A stretch of 62,481 bases of DNA, filler included, from Choristocarpus tenellus KU-1152 (GCA_964200185.2; 5 parts of 5 records of this genome joined end to end with filler, not necessarily neighbours in it), one strand, 5' to 3'; positions 22,838-38,522 are shown, counted from the first letter of the whole stretch. Made by a program: numbers and translations. The notes: generated by a model from the letters alone, not told the origin.

Positions 22838-25800
22838 CCAACGTGTGTGCCCCCCCGCCGCTCCCCTCCCCCCCTCCTCCCCGCCCCCCATCCCAATCCT
22901 CTTCTTACTCCTCTTCATCCTCCTCTTCTTCCTCCTCATCCTCCTCCGTATCGCTGACATACTCTGGCTCGTCTTCTGGTGCAGAATCACCGGCGCCCCT
23001 CCACACCTTGCGACCTTTCCCCTTTCCACCCGTGCGGGAAGAGGGACACTTGCGCTTTCTACTGGTGATTGGCGTCAAGTCCGAGTCCGAATCCCGCACT
23101 TCGAACCCACGAGAACGCAGTACCGTAAGACCCGGGAGCATGTTGAACGGTGATCTCGTGTCATTCTTTGCCCGGGGTTTGCACACCCTCCCGACTACGG
23201 GCGTGACGAACATCTGCCCGGGGCCAACTTGGGAGAAGGGGAGGAGGATCTCGTCACGGCTTCCGCTCTGCGGAACTTTTGACGTGAATTCAATGTTGGG
23301 TACCTCGAAAGATATAAAATGAATATCAATTTCCAACCAATTACAGTCAAGTTAATTTCATGTATATTTTCTACCAAGAAAGCAATCAAGGATAAGAGAT
23401 TGTCTCGTATGCTCTTCTACATACACAAGTTTCATTTTTTCCAGAAAAACATAAATTGCACCAACCAACGAACCAAAGCACACCATAACCAAAACATACG
23501 ATAATACTCAACTTGAAATATGTTACTTGTATCATTAATATAATTGCATACTAAATGCTCCAAAGAGTCCTTAGCATACTTCACATTATAATCAGAATCA
23601 ACGAAAGCCAAAAAAATAATAGGGTCACGATTTTGAGACCAAAACGGAGATTTCCAATCAGATATTGGGGGGATTGGGGGATCGGTATATCGTTATAGTG
23701 TATACCGTCAATATAAATACATAAATTCATGAATACACACACACATACATACATACATACATACATACATACATAAGGTAGTAATATGACAGTGTTGGCA
23801 CTAGAAAATGCGCGGCCATATCATGCATGGTGACAGCGCCTTTTTTTCTAAGGCATTTGCTTGTGGTGTGAAGTGTTTGATATACAACAGTACGTACCTG
23901 TGGGAATTATGTGCTTGTTTATCGATGCAATGTGCAGTCCGATTCCTATGATAAGGTAATAGTTTGATGGAGAAATCGGGATCTGGCCAATCGTGAACAC
24001 TAAGATATTTTGCATATTTATTTGGCGGAATGATGAGAATTAGAAAACAAAACTACAAAACGACCAGGCTATGGCCACCACTTGTCTTAACATCGGGTAT
24101 GGATTTGTTTGTAGTCATGGCCTGGACCCGCCCATGGTAACTCTGCCGACTGATGGAAACTCCTGTATTATACCTACTTTTTTTGTTGCTGTTGTATTCC
24201 AAGTTATGTGGGACACAGTTGACGTTCCCCCTGTCACATGAGAAGCATGTATAACTCGATTCCAAATTTTGTCGTGCACAAAAATACAATTAGCCAATTG
24301 TAACATTTCTGACTAAACCAGCTTGTCCAGCTAGAAGTATGCGTTTTGCCAGTAATACGCAATGAACCTCGAGAATCCACATTACCCCAATGCTCTTTTT
24401 TCTGCTATACTACTTGCTGTAGGGAAAACTCTGAATCTCTCAACAGGAATATTACACCAGAAACGGTCCTTCTTAATTAATGAGGTTAGCAAACTACCTA
24501 TTACTGGCACTCTAGCCCTCAACACCAATCAAACTCCCTTGCTTCAAGCATCACCGCACTTTCTCACCCCCCTGCCACACTATCTATAATGATGTTTGTG
24601 TCGTTGTGCAAGAAAAATCGACCTACATCTGCTCATCTGGCCTTGCAAGCGGACAGCTTCCATGCATTCATTGTTTGTCTGCATTGCTTCTGTGGGCATT
24701 GCACCATGCATTGTTAAGGCACCCCTCACTTTACTTTTTAAGGCATATGCGCCCTGCCTTATTTTACTGGTCAGTAACTTTGGGAAGGTTGAGAAGTGTT
24801 CCAGTTTGTTTCTTGTGTACTGTTATGTTGTGGCAAATCATCACAAACATGTGTCCTCCCTTACATCCTCTTTTTGCGGACAGATGCAAAGATGAGCAAA
24901 GAAGCATGCATATTACCCTTGTGGTTCCTCATGCAGGAAATGTAACTTTATAGTCAGTCCACTCCTGTGAGGATTTCCCCCTCACTAGGCTTGCAGTACG
25001 TTCTTGACAGTTTATTGAGAGTGAGCTTATAGCCAAGAGCAGTTATCCAACATGCCATTTTTTTTTACATTTACGGCATGTAGATAGGAAAGTCTCCTAC
25101 CTTGGTCTACAGTACCTACTGCCGAAAAAAAGCATGCAAAGAATCAACTAGTAACCTGTACTTAGAATCATACTCGTAGAAGGTAATGAAAAAAATTATT
25201 ATTAGATGCCATTCGCAACATGTAGCTAAACGAGACAGTATCAAAGCTACACAACTTCTCTCAATCAAGTGCTTTCCAAAATGCATTCATTCTGGGCGGT
25301 TCTATTAAAAAGCAAGTTTGAACATACCACCACGACGAAATATAACATAAATTCTAACTGGAGATGACCACGAAGATCTAGCAAGAGCTGTCACTCTATC
25401 GACACCTTCACAGGTGTCATTGTGGCTCTGACCAATTGCAGACTTCGTCAAACTCAGTACCAGGAAAGATCTCTTCGCTATATCAGGTATCTATGGGTGG
25501 ACTATGCACAAACTCTGCACTCACTACACAAGCAACCACAAAATACATGACACTCAGAGCAGAGGAGAATGAGGTGCTCATGACTCCTGAGCACAACAAT
25601 TTAAACTCTTTCATGCTGCTGTACTCTTGTGCAACTGCTGAGGTCTAACCCCACAAAAAAGGAAAAGTAGAATGACAATTGACAAAAAATGTGAGGAAAA
25701 AAAAAGATTCCTACATTTCCTATTGCCACTCCGTTCAAGCCCCTCCCCCCAATCACACCTTCCCACCCCCCTACCCCCTCAAATGAGCTATGAGGCACTC

Positions 25801-25933
25801 AAAAGTACGAAATTAACCCGCAGGTATTATTTTGCATTCATGGGCTCGGACTCTCTACAACATACATGCCCATAATCAGAGCACATCAAAGAAACAGATC
25901 AACTACTACTGTGAGGCTGTTCTCTGTACACTT

Positions 25934-28008
25934 CTATGCACAGCCGTTATCCTTCTCCTCCTCCTTGTCCTTCAACAAGTTAGCCAGATGTAACCCATCC
26001 CGTCGACGCTTCACCCTTCGAGCCACTGCCGTAGCCCAAAATAGAAATTTCATGTGGTCAAGTCAGTGAAGACGCACAGTGTACCCAGGTTTTGCCCGCA
26101 GATGACATGAGACCAGGTTGCACGGCAATGCATGATGCAGGGCCACCGGGATATGGAATTAGAGCTAAGGATTGAAGCAGAGATGCATATAGGATTGTGG
26201 TTAAGTCAGTGAGTGGAACAAGGCAACTCTGAATGTAGACCCACTGATTGAATGATGGATTAGCAAATGCGGTCAGGAGTAGTCCTCATGCCTTTCATAC
26301 CAACCTGTCAACCCCCCATCATTTACTCAGGGGCAACGCCTGATTTTGTCAAAATCAGTGGCCTGCTCGATTTTGAGAGCAATATTTACACCCCTACTCC
26401 AGAGGAGGGTATGACAAAAGTACAAAGGGTTCGAATGAAGGTAGGTACCTCATCGACTGGATAATGCTACCGCTTTTGACATTGCTTTTGCAGCGCCTGG
26501 CATGATGATGATGACATTCCATCCGCTATACAATAAAACCTCTTTTTTTCACACCAAATAAACACACTTCTAGTTCTCCAGACGAGCCAACTCGTCTGGT
26601 AGGACCGTCGCAAGATCAAAGCAATTGGTCACACAATTTTAGATGTGCCAAAAAAAATAGACTAAAATTTCCCCCTCACACTTCTAGAATTATAGTGCCT
26701 CCTTCCTAGTCGACAGCCTATCATGGAGAAGGAACACTCAGCCATTCAGGACAAAAAAAGGGTCACAATAACTCATTGAACAGGGCCGCCAGGAAGGAGT
26801 TGGCAATTGCACCAATTGCACTCACAAGGAAGAAGCAGGGCAGCTCTTTTGCCCATGACCCTCTTGGCCAATCGATGTGCCTCGAGGAGGGGTTGAGCTG
26901 CATCAAGAACATTGTAACCTGGAAGCAGTGACTGCGAAAAACGAGCCAATGCCAGGCACAAATGTGTCAAAAAGTGACAACAGGGAGAGAGGACGAGGTG
27001 AGAGGTGCAGTCCGACGTTCTACCACAAGTTTGGTTTCCCCTCCTTTCAAGTTTTGAGGGCAACAAAGCACACCCTAGCACTAACAGGTTACCTCGGAGA
27101 TTCTCAAACCCTAACCCTAACCCCCTATAAGTAAGAGCATTGGAACAATAATCTAATAATTGAAAACAACAGTCCAAAGATGGAGAAATAAAGATCGGGA
27201 ATGGGGGGGACGAAAAGGATATCAACAGCAGAGTCAGTGTCGATACTTCAACAACATAACCCGATCAAAAGGGTCAAGCATGTATGTCCCACTCGGACGA
27301 TAATTTCTTTACATCATTCGCATAAAAAAAAGAAAATGCAGAATGCATACCCCTCACAGGAACTATTCTTTCCAATCCAATCCAATCCAGTAGACCTCAA
27401 CGATATATTTGATTGGAGTTGTGCAGTGACCCTATCAGCTCCAATCTATTACACAATCAACACAGCACCTATTCACATGCAATACAAAAACAGCAATAGC
27501 TCCATGGGCGTAAGTAAAGGGACCTATACAGTTCACCCCCTTCACCTCCTCCCACCCACCTTGGCTAACCCATCCAGGCAGAGGATGTTAAGGACAAGAG
27601 TGGCATATTCCACATCAATGCTCACCCCATGTTTTCGCACACAGGTCAAGACACCTCTGAGAACCTCTCCCACATCAACACCCTGCACCAGGTCCAAAAG
27701 CAACAACCGCAATAAGCACACAAAGCAAACACATACACAAGCAACAATTGATGAACGTGGCATCATGCAACCCACAGGATGGACTGTTATTGTTCACTAC
27801 CAAGGTCTCGTGATAACGCTTCAAGAGGGTAGGGGACACCTGAGACACAAAGAGGAAGAGTAAAACATTATCTGCACATTTGTCACACTTCAGCCAATAC
27901 GACACAGATTCCCTCAGTATTCTTCTTATTATTGTACTCATCATCATCACTATTACAATTGGTATTGACATAATGATCAAGAAGTGGGAAGACCTTTGTA
28001 CACACACA

Positions 28009-28045
<37 letters not shown>

Positions 28046-30966
28046 GTGAATATACACCTATGCATACTTAGGGGACTGTGCGATCAAAATGTTTCTTTGA
28101 GCGCAAGGTGTAACTCCCAACCGCGTCCTCCTCTAAGGGGGGGGTTTCCAATACCCTGGGAAGCATTGTTAACCCCAAAAAACACTGACACTGAAAACAT
28201 CCTGCATTTGTGCGATAATCTCATCCGAGATGAATGAGCACAGGCAATCCAACCCCACAATCCCTAACCCTAACCTCAACAACACTCACAATACAGATGA
28301 AAGCGCCTTCCTTACCGTGTTGTACCCATTGCACTTGTCAGTGAAAAGCTCTTTCATATCTTCCCCGAATGCTCTCCTTTCAGTTTCTCCCAAGCAAGAC
28401 TGTTCCTCTGAAAAGTTTAGAACTGCCTTTGAGGCGCCCATACCATCACCAGCCCCAAGGCACTCCTAAAAGTAAGGAGGGTGTGAGAATAAATAAAGAG
28501 GGGAATAGGGTTGGCCAGATGTTGAGACCCGAGCGTTCCTTGGTTACTGATTATATAAAATCCGTCTACTTCATTGAAAACTATGAAAACAATATTAAAA
28601 AAAACGAAAAAAAACAAGAATCGTTTTGAGTGTCCCGTGAAGTACTTCAAATGAAAAAATCAAAGAAGAAGACACACGTAGCAGTAGCAGTGAGCTTAAC
28701 TTTGGTGCTTCTTACACAATGAAATCACAAAGACATGTTGAAATGATGGTAACGACAATGGTCTTCATGGAAAGAAACAAAAGATATATATTGGTACATT
28801 GCAGTGCAAAAAGCACCAGGAAGTGCGGATCAAATATGCACACAAATCCCAACGGGTGAATACATCAACCAACAAAATCATAATCTAAAAAATGAACAGT
28901 GCCTGGTTAAAAAAAGAGGGAAGCATTTTTAAGAGGGTACATTCCAAGGCAGAGGCATCCAGTTTGATCAAATCTACAGTAGCACAACACAGTGGAACGA
29001 TAATAGTAACAATGGAATCAAGAGGGTGGAGGAGATTTTGTTCAGCATTTGAATCCTCTTTTGGTCCACTTTTGAACATAATTATTGCAATCACTCCTTG
29101 GTCTGCACCAGGGTATAAATTCGAGCTCCAGATCATGCCAGGTTGCTGACTTCGCTCCGAAATCCGAAGTAGCCAACAGTCGTTGCATAAAGGGGGGTTA
29201 GTGAGACGGTATGGCGGTATGACTATATACCACATATGGTATAAGCTAAATGCACCATACCTTCAATGATCATCTCACAGTCATACTGGACCGCCCGATC
29301 AGCCACCCCTCCCTCTACTCTCTCTACATAGGTATGTATTAATTCCCTTGTCTTGGATTTGTACATGTATTGTATGTAATGTGCCAATGTGGATCCAATG
29401 AATTAAAAACACCCTATCAATGTTTGTGTCTATTTGAACAAAAAATATGTACTGTTACTATAATGTTACTACTACAACAGCTTTTCCTTTAGTGCTGCCA
29501 GTCGTCGCACTTAATGAGGACTAACAAAGAACATACTTCACGATTTCACCCTAGGCAGTGTGAAATTGAGAGGAAGAAGTGGAGGACCAACTACGTCTTC
29601 AACAACTGAAGTGTCCAAACATAGTGAACACCACATAGGCAGTAATGAGAGCATCAAATGGCTTCACTCCAGTCCGTGACTACTCCTGTGAATAAACGAT
29701 CTCATGTGTCTTATCCACAACCATGTGCCTTGCCTCACCAGCAATCTGATGAAGGTGTCCTTCTGGTGCCCATACAGCTTGGCCACCATACCAGCATCCA
29801 CTAGGATGAGCTTGGGCAATGTGACTCCATCCTTCCGAGCAGAGAGCGACCCAAGCAAGAAAAGGGAAAGCACACAAACACAAACACACACACACACACA
29901 CACACAGCAAGAATACATCAACAGTCACATTCAGTCCACAGCAGGGAAGGTACCAATAGGTGCATGGGTCTGCGAGCATGATGGTCTAATGATTCGGGTG
30001 AGGAGAACAAAATCAACAGAAGCTTTACATGGGCATAACCTTACATCAAAATAAATCATTTGGTCAACATAAACCTTTACATCATCATATTTACGTCAGA
30101 AATGATCTGATATCATTGTATTCTTACACCAAAGTAACATTTCACCAGCATAGCCTTACATCAACATAGTCTTACAGCAACAGTCTAATCCATCCCCCAC
30201 ACACTCAAAACTCTACCATACAGTCTTTGGAGAGTATTGACAGAGCGCATGCACCATGTTAAAACCCAGGTAAAAATAATAATGATAATAGTAATAATAA
30301 TAATAACAAATAAATAAAAATATATACATACATCTAGAATTGCATACACTCCCAAGCAAACAAAGGCACTGTTACCATCACACCAACCTACAGAAGGGGA
30401 CAAGCATCATTCTTAAATGGGACAAGTATTCTTAAATCAGCAGAGATACTCCTCAACAAACAATAGCATAACTCTCATCACAAAAACGCACTCCTGTTTC
30501 CAGAGTACAAGTAAGTCTGGAGGTCAAAAACACGGGAATGATAGCCTGATAACCCCTATGCAAAATCGTGATCGAATTGCTCTTGGCTCTCACCACATCT
30601 CAGCGTGGATCTTCAGGGTGGGTGGGAAAGAACAGAGGACACACTTCCTACCCTTGTTCACAACATTCATACCATGCACCGCCACAACAGTCTTTTGATT
30701 GCAAGCAACATCTCCGGCCTAGAAACCCCCTGCAGTCAGTCCAGGCTCTTCTCGGTTGTGCATGGATGTACCTACTTGTAGTACCTATACACAATGCGCA
30801 CTCCTAGGAATGTAGCACATACCTGTGGGGCATGTATCAGGATGTTTCCTGGGTGAAGGTCGGCATGGAGGAGACCATCGCTGAGCACCATCTTGAGCCA
30901 CATGTCCTCCCCCCTTGTGACAATGAAGAAGGCCAGGGAGACGTCTGGTTTTGCCACGTCATCAAA
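25934..30966 (-). CDS. ABC1/AarF/UbiB-family atypical kinase, 3' exons 30823-30966, 29739-29831, 28316-28465, 27560-27682, 26826-26931 and 25934-26025
   Basis: Contains LKMVLSDGLLHADLHPGNIL (catalytic loop), LILVDAGMVAKL (DFG-equivalent), VRKHGVSIDVEYATLVLNILCLDGLAK and LLPGYNVLDAAQPLL. All exon phases join cleanly to a TAG at 25934-25936. Confidence 0.93.
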
Positions 30967-32983
30967 CTTCCATCAGGCCAGACACGAGGGGGATACACAA
31001 CAACAAAGACAGCGGTTTCAGAGCAAGCCACGAACGTTCACCAAGAAAAAATAATCAATAAATGTGTGAGGCCTGCCTCATTGTACTCTCCTTCCTTTCC
31101 GGTTCTCAATTGAGTTCCAGAGAGTGGAACTCCCAGTGAACCTTGCTCCTGTTGGATTCTGGGCCTTGGACCAGGGTACCGGCGGTGTTGCGGTTCATTC
31201 CAGAACACACCCATAGATAGTTCAACCTCCCATTTGTGCATGTGAAAAAAATCGCGTTCTTTTATTTTTTTTGTTTGTTGCATTCCTTCTGTCATTTAAC
31301 TTTCTTGATTACTTTCCAGAGCAAAATCAAACGAATATCCGATAACAATTGTGCGATAGGGCGGGGGATTTTCTACGAGTGCTGGCTCTATTCAATCCAT
31401 CTCAACAAAATAATAATATACTCTTGAAGCATATTCTTCATGCAGTTGCTATTCCTGTTTACTCTGTGGTGCAAACGGAATGCCCTCGATTTCTTTTTCT
31501 TTATTAATGAAACCGTCACCGAGAGTGGGGGTCTCCTTTTGCCCCTTTCAATTTCAAAGGGTCTCTTTTTGACCATTCTGAGAACTTGATCAAATATACA
31601 CCATGCCCATGCCTGAAATGATCAAACACAGTTAAGACCTCCATAGGAGTGTGCGACCTTGGAAAGGAGAACAATCTGTGAATACAAGGCAAGCTGATAG
31701 CACCCTCCGTAGTGTCCAACACACACACACACACCACAAGGGAGCCACAGGGGCCCCTCGAACTCAACTACACCCCCCTCACAAATGGCATCACTCAGAG
31801 ATTTTATTTTATGATCAAGAAGAACCATCCTAACAGCAGCAATGAGCAGGAAGACACAGTAGTAGGTGACAATCAAAATATAAAAAAGGTGGCACTGGTG
31901 GTAGCACTGCATGACAAAGCAACAAGTCAAAAATTGTACATGATGGATTAAGCCCATTTAAGGCTTAGCACATTGTATCAAATAAACCACCAGTACAATC
32001 AATGCTGTTGTCTCAATCTACTAACATCTACTAACCCTAACCCCTGAAATGCGATGACGGCAACAATCTCTTTCAAGTTAACATCTCTTTCAACACCGGA
32101 AGGCTCTGTGCAAAATCGTTTGCATTAACTTGAATTTATCTTGAATGAACTTGAATGAACTTTCATTTGAATTTCATTAACTTTAATTAACTCCCATTAA
32201 CTTTCCTGACGGTAAGGGCAGACAAGGTGCAGGATCCCCTAACCCTAACCCTAACCCTAACCTATGGAAACAACAACCGACATTTAAAACAAAGAGAGTC
32301 GCACATGGAAGTCTTAGGTAGTACATTGACACAATTGACACAATTGAGGCAGAGGGCGATTCTGGTAACACCTTCCTCTACTCATACTCCTGACAGCCAG
32401 TGAACAGTTGATTGTGCAAGGGTAGGAAATGACTTGCATTGGAGATAGCAAGCATAAATCTGATACTATACCTTGGTTCGGTGGGGGTTTAAGCTCAGGG
32501 TTAGGGTGGAGTCTCCTATACCTTGTATTTCTATGGTACACATCATTATCTTATCCCTACATTTCATATCTTACGTATTGTGTCAATTGCTCCAGAGTAC
32601 ACCATACCTCTTACATAGCATTATTTGTATCCAGTACCTTTTTGTGTCATACACCATATACACAGCATTGTTTGCCTCACACGTTGCTTCTTGTCCCCTC
32701 CACAACAAACATAACACAAGACCACAAGACCTCACAGGGAATAGAAAAAAAAAGTCTTCGCATCCTGCACTGTATCTATCTCACCCTCCAATTTATTCTA
32801 TATCCCACATGTTGTACTTCAACCATCATGTATCAAGTACTCCAATCATCTTGTATCATCTACTTTAATCATAATGTATCCTAAAAACAACTTACACATG
32901 TTCCTCTAACCTCTAATATACACCTCTAAGATATACTCGTTGCATGGGAGAGCAGGTATACATCGATGGGAATGGATTGGCGG

Positions 32984-33083
32984 NNNNNNNNNNNNNNNNN
33001 NNNNNNNNNNNNNNNNNNNNNNNNNNNTTAATTAATTAANNNNNNNNNNNNNNNNNNNNNNNNNNNNNNNNNNNNNNNNNNNN
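32984..33083. other. Artificial contig-join linker
   Basis: N44-TTAATTAATTAA-N44. Confidence 0.97.
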
Positions 33084-33529
33084 TACAGCACTTGTGGATT
33101 GTGTAGAAAGGTGGACTCGGTGTATTTGAAGGCATCTTGCAGAGGTTCCCGCGGCACAAGGCATGGCTTCCACTTTTTTCCCCTACCAGAAACGTACTGT
33201 ACTGCTGTGTGGTCATGACTCATGAAGAAAGGCACTTTTCGCGAGAAATGTTTATGCGCGCGCTAAACTCGCGTGAAAATCTCCCCGAATTTGTACCAAG
33301 TCGCCCGAGAATTCCGGTACTAAAAGTAAATTTTTTTTAGTATGTCGAAAAAAAGCGGTACAAAATGGTTTTGGTACATAATATTTGGTATAAAATAGGT
33401 GTAGGTACTGTAATGTGAAAGATGTATCTCCAAAAGATATTTGGTATTTGGAAACTACGTATACAACATGCTCCCTTAAAGGTTGGAAAGTGCAATGTGA
33501 TGTGTATACTGCTGCTATATCTCTGACCT

Positions 33530-34900
33530 AGATTAGCCCTACAAAGGTGGGCGAGGACCTAGGGAAGCATTCCAAAAATCTGACATACCCCTTCTTGCCC
33601 ATCTGCCTAGTGTCTCTAACTAGAAACGTATGAAACATCTCGAGAGAGCCACTTGGGCAGTTACGGACACATTCTATCTTTTTCAAAAGGGACTTGACAG
33701 CCCCTTTCCCTACCATATCCTCCCATACCTCTCCCCCCTACTGTGTGTGCGGCTAACTTATCCAAGAAACTTTCTGCTTGCTTAACCATGGCGCTCAAAA
33801 CTTTCCATGGTGAAGGTATTGCGATTAGAACTACGAGGGTCAAAAGAACCCTCGTAGTGAGTGCACTTTCATGCCTTAGCTGCAGCAGCAGCTACACCAT
33901 TGCTGGTTGATGAGTGGGGCAGATGATATGGTGCTTGAACTTCTGAAAAAGCAACATCCAGGAGGGGGCCTCTGTCGCTGTGGGAAGCGCAACTGCCCTA
34001 GCATGAAGACCACATCCATGCGGAAGTTCCGGTCCACTGTGAATGGGCTACCCATCCTCCATAGTGTAAAGGATGCTCATTCCCTTGGAGAGTTGGGCTA
34101 GACGCTTAACCATCAGCATGTGCTGACATGTCTATCCTCCCGCCCTAGGTCAGGTACAAGCATGTCGAGTGTCACACCATGGGAATCAATCTGGCTAAGG
34201 ACCCAAATGATTTTGTCACACTAGGGGAGCTCTGGAAGGTAGCGATGAATTTGTCCAAGCCCTCATGGCCAGGTGATTGAGAGCTCAGGCTGATTAATGT
34301 TGGCTACGCACCTGAGTAAGATAGAGGATAAACAATTGCCTGGTTCACATCAACTCCTGGTCCCTCTCTTCCTGTCTGGGTTATTTTGTGGATCATTCCC
34401 CCCCACTTGGTACGCTCCGCCATGGAACAAATGAAGAACACCTGGCTGTGGACTCTGGAGAAGATAACAGAGGAGCAGCAGACGGAGCTGGAGCCACTGA
34501 TTGCTTCGATGGGGTGTATGAAAATGGACCTCTTCGCCTGGAAACACAAAGAAGTACAGGGATAGATGCCCACAAGTTTGGGGGGCTTGGGCCTATCCTG
34601 CATGAAATATCGCCAGCATGCAGCTTTTGTGGGATTGCTAGTCCAACCTCCCCGTCCTCCTAGCAAGGGAACAGAGGTCCCATGGAGAGGCTTTTTTAAA
34701 GGGCCATCTGCATGTGCCCCACAGTCCAGGCCCTAGGATCATCCATTCACACTCTCCTTTCATCAGGAGTCCCTCCAGAAGACCTGTCGAGATTTTTTGG
34801 GCCAAGGTTAGGTAGACTGAAGGGGAATGACAACCCCTGCCCTTGTCGTGGACGTCCTCACTCTCTAGCAGCCCACGATGCCAGGATCACAGCAATATCA
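33530..34900 (-). mobile_element. Decayed non-LTR retrotransposon 3' part (CRE-like, restriction-like endonuclease)
   Basis: Broken frames give GSPFTVDRNFRMDVVF (R.D motif), AESFLDKLAAHTVGGRG and GKGAVKSLL, which resemble RLE-type C-termini. Heavily frameshifted. Confidence 0.6.
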
Positions 34901-37900
34901 ATATCTGAGGCGGGTGGCGGCTGTCAATTTGAGACCATTTTTTTCATATCGCGATTTTTGGGTGATTTGGTTGCATATGTTGGATGGATGATGGAAATAC
35001 ACTTTTCCTGATTTGGACCAAATGGATATCCTGGTGTAGAACCCCCCCCCCCCCAGATACTATGTTGTGTTCACAACATCATGGGCCTTCTGAACAGGAT
35101 CCTTTTCAACTCGTTCCGGATGCAACTGGACAACATCCCGGATTATGCAGAAGAATATGAGTGAGGAAAAGTTCTTCACCATCCTCAGCCTGCCACTGGA
35201 GCCAGTATGGAAAAGGATGGGAAACAGTGGTTCCATTGCTTGAAGGTAGGGTTGTTGGAAGTGGGATGGGGAGAGGGGGAAAGGTGGGAGGGGGTTTCTA
35301 GTATGGGAGAAATGGCATTGTCGACACTGGTCTACTATGTCTTATCACAGTCGGGGACCATAATGACCAGATAATAAATAAATAATCAAGAAGTACAGAT
35401 ATATCAAATCTGGAACTTCAATGTCGTAATGGTGTTTATGAAACCACCATCAAGACATATTGCCTGTAACACCTCTCCACCTCACCTTTTCTTGCCTTTT
35501 TAAACTTAAAGGCCCCAGGTGTTGTATAATCCCTCCGTTCAACAGCTGGATGCACCCCTTTGCGTGATGCTTAGTCAAATGGAAAATGTCTTAGTTGTAC
35601 ACATTCCCAGTCTCTGATAGATACTTTGAGAAATACTCTAGAGGTAGTACTGGATGGAGACACAGAGATGGCTGTCCTCACTCTGAAGATAGTGTTCTGT
35701 TAAATATACTTTTTGCAAGAATGAACAATTTGAGGTGAGTATAGTACTTGTCAGTCACAACCTCACAGAGCTTGTGCCAGAGATGAAACATACAATTCCC
35801 CTCCCCTTCCATCTAATATGGGAAAAAGAGGAGACTAAATTCTTCGGTCCAATAGAATGAGGGCTTCAGTATCCACTCTCCCCTCACGTGTACAGATCGC
35901 GATGAAATAGTCACACATATATTGCTCCTTGCTGTACACTGCTGGGAAGCTCGCTAGATGCCCACCTTATCATTGGTTTTCTGCGAGTCATCCTGATTTC
36001 CTCCTCCAACTCATCCTTGTCCGACCCACTGCCTCCAGGGTTTCCTCAGGACTGGACCCTCATCCCAGTGCATGCTCTTAGAACATGCAATTATTTCAAC
36101 CATTGACTCACTTACAGAGTGTTCTTTCATATATTCACTGCGGTAAATAGTGGTCATGATATCATCATCTGGGTATCAAAACAGACATATTCGTGAGAAA
36201 AGAGATGAGCAGCTTCGGGTTCACATTGTCAAATAACCTAGTGTTATCCTTACGTTGTCTGTGCTGATACAAGTATGTAAGACAGGTTTCATGTATGTTT
36301 ATCTCTTTGGTTCAGTGCAATACAAAGCAGTAACGTGCATATAGCGATATGGTGGGACAATATTACTGGAAAGTTTTGGGTGCCTCGGCAAGCGAGCGGA
36401 ATGCTTCCTGGATGAGCAGGCTACTCAAATGGTGGGGGGGAGAGGAGCTGGAGGATTTAGTAGAAAAAGAGTAGTCAAATCCCGGCTACGCCAAATTGTC
36501 TCGGTAACTACGCAAGGGGCACTATCTAGACATGTCTTGCATTTCAAGCTAGAGTCACCAGGGAGATAGGCACGGAGGGGTTTATTGGATTCTTGGGAGG
36601 CCTCCCTAGCTACTCCCTCCGGGGCGCAGGAGTAGGTAGATTGGAAGCACAGGCAGGCACTAGTGCAATATTGATGGTGGTGAAGTAACAAATTAGTATT
36701 TTTCACATTCATATTGTTTTATAGTATTTTTCACGTTTATGATATTTTATTTCTTTAGGGCTTATACTGGCATATGTATAGTTTTCATTTGTTTCCCCCC
36801 TGACATATATATCTGGAAAATGTCAGAGGGCATTATAATGAAAATACTAGTAATATAGTGATATTAGGCACCCAGCGGACAATACCCAGCAGACAATAAA
36901 TAATTCAGTGTGTATTTTGCGATGTAACTCAACTCCTAACTTTCGGCGACGAGCCTTACATGCACCAAGTTCTTCAACGCACATTACGAAAGGGTGAGAC
37001 TGCCCTATAGCCGAAACCGAGCGACACTCAACAGACATCAACATACAACTCAACATGTTAAATTGTCGTAGCCTCATACCCTAGTAAGCGTGAACACCTA
37101 AATGCCACAATAAAAAAAGCACGGAAACAATAGCTTCAGCAATTGCTGTTTTTCTCCTCACCTTTGTTCAACTGCCGGAGGTTACACTCGTCGAATAATA
37201 CCTAGTATCAGCCACAATGTCCTCCCCTGCAGCAGTAGTTGCTTCTTTGGAGATTGACACATACTTTGTCACGTCCTTCACCTCCATTACCACTTCCACT
37301 CGCACCAGCTTCCCCGTTTCCCCTGGCGATAATATTGGGCGACTCTATAGCATATGCCTTTTCCTTTGCCTTCCCCGATACTACCTCCGTTACCACTTCC
37401 ACTTCCTTCCACACACCCCTTCTAGCATGGCGAACCCAGTACCCTGCCTAGCACAGCTTTGCCCTTCCTTCCCTTTCCCCTTCTTAATGTTAGTATCGTC
37501 CTCAATGTAAGAACTACCCGCCCTGCCAAGGAAGGCTTGGAGGCTTGGACATATATTTATATAGTGTGTTGCCCTTCTCGGGTGCCATATCTTTGTCCAG
37601 AAGAGAGGTAAATACACGAAAACAGCTCAGCACCATTAGATTTGGGGGTTGGAGGCTGGCCTTGACCTGAACTCAGACGCCAGAGTCCCGACAGAGTCTC
37701 AACTCATCCTTACCGCTCCTTTGCAGAGTACAGAGGTTAAGCCGTCTATAAAAAATGTTGCAATGCAGACAGGCGTTGAGCTTTTGCACACGTAAGTTAC
37801 AAATTGCTTCTTCCCACATCTCATCATACAGAAATGCAACCTACCCTTCAATTGTGGGAGGTGGTACACAGCAAAGCACAATTTCCTGTTGCCTATTGCC

Positions 37901-38522
37901 TTACCACTCACCAGTTACCCTTCAAAATATTGTGGAAGGCATTTGGTTGGGTGCGGGTACTCTCGGTCATACGGAGTTGGTACCACATGTTTGTGGTTGT
38001 GTTACCCTCACTTGGATGGTTTCATTTTTCAGAGCGACAGGAAAAGCGAGCTCGTGAGCTTGCGCGCGGATACATGGTTCACTCTAACCAGTTTTTAACA
38101 TGTCTTCTCAAAACACCCATGTGTAGTATCCTGTTTGCACCCTGATTAGTTGGGCTTTTGATAGTTTGCTCGACGTGCTTTTCAAAAATGAGTGTTTGGA
38201 AGTCTGAGGTCGCTGTAGAAAGCGATCTTGACCTTGCTATTACGCTCTCCAGTGAAGAATACAGGAACACTTCACCAACTGGTGTTCTGATGGAGCCTTA
38301 CATTCAGCGTACCTTTGTGGCAAGTTGGGAGACATGACTATCAATGCGTTTGCCGACGAACTTAATATCAGGAAGGTGTCATCTTGAGCTCTCTAGCATT
38401 GGCTGATTAGTTCGATCATGTTCATCTGCCGCTTGTTGCCCGATCTTTCAACTACCCTGGATAAGAGTACCAGGAGTGTTTTTCCGTCTATCCCTCCACC
38501 CCCTCTGAGTCAAATACTTCAT

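Noticed and set aside
22838-23336. Acidic-tailed ORF on the minus strand at the contig edge
   Set aside because: Low complexity, truncated, and no recognisable domain; it may be a transposon ORF start, but this cannot be supported.
37200-37990. Divergent gene upstream of DIS3L (MWYQLRMTES..., faintly FHA/nibrin-like)
   Set aside because: I could not build a stop-free, phase-consistent exon chain.
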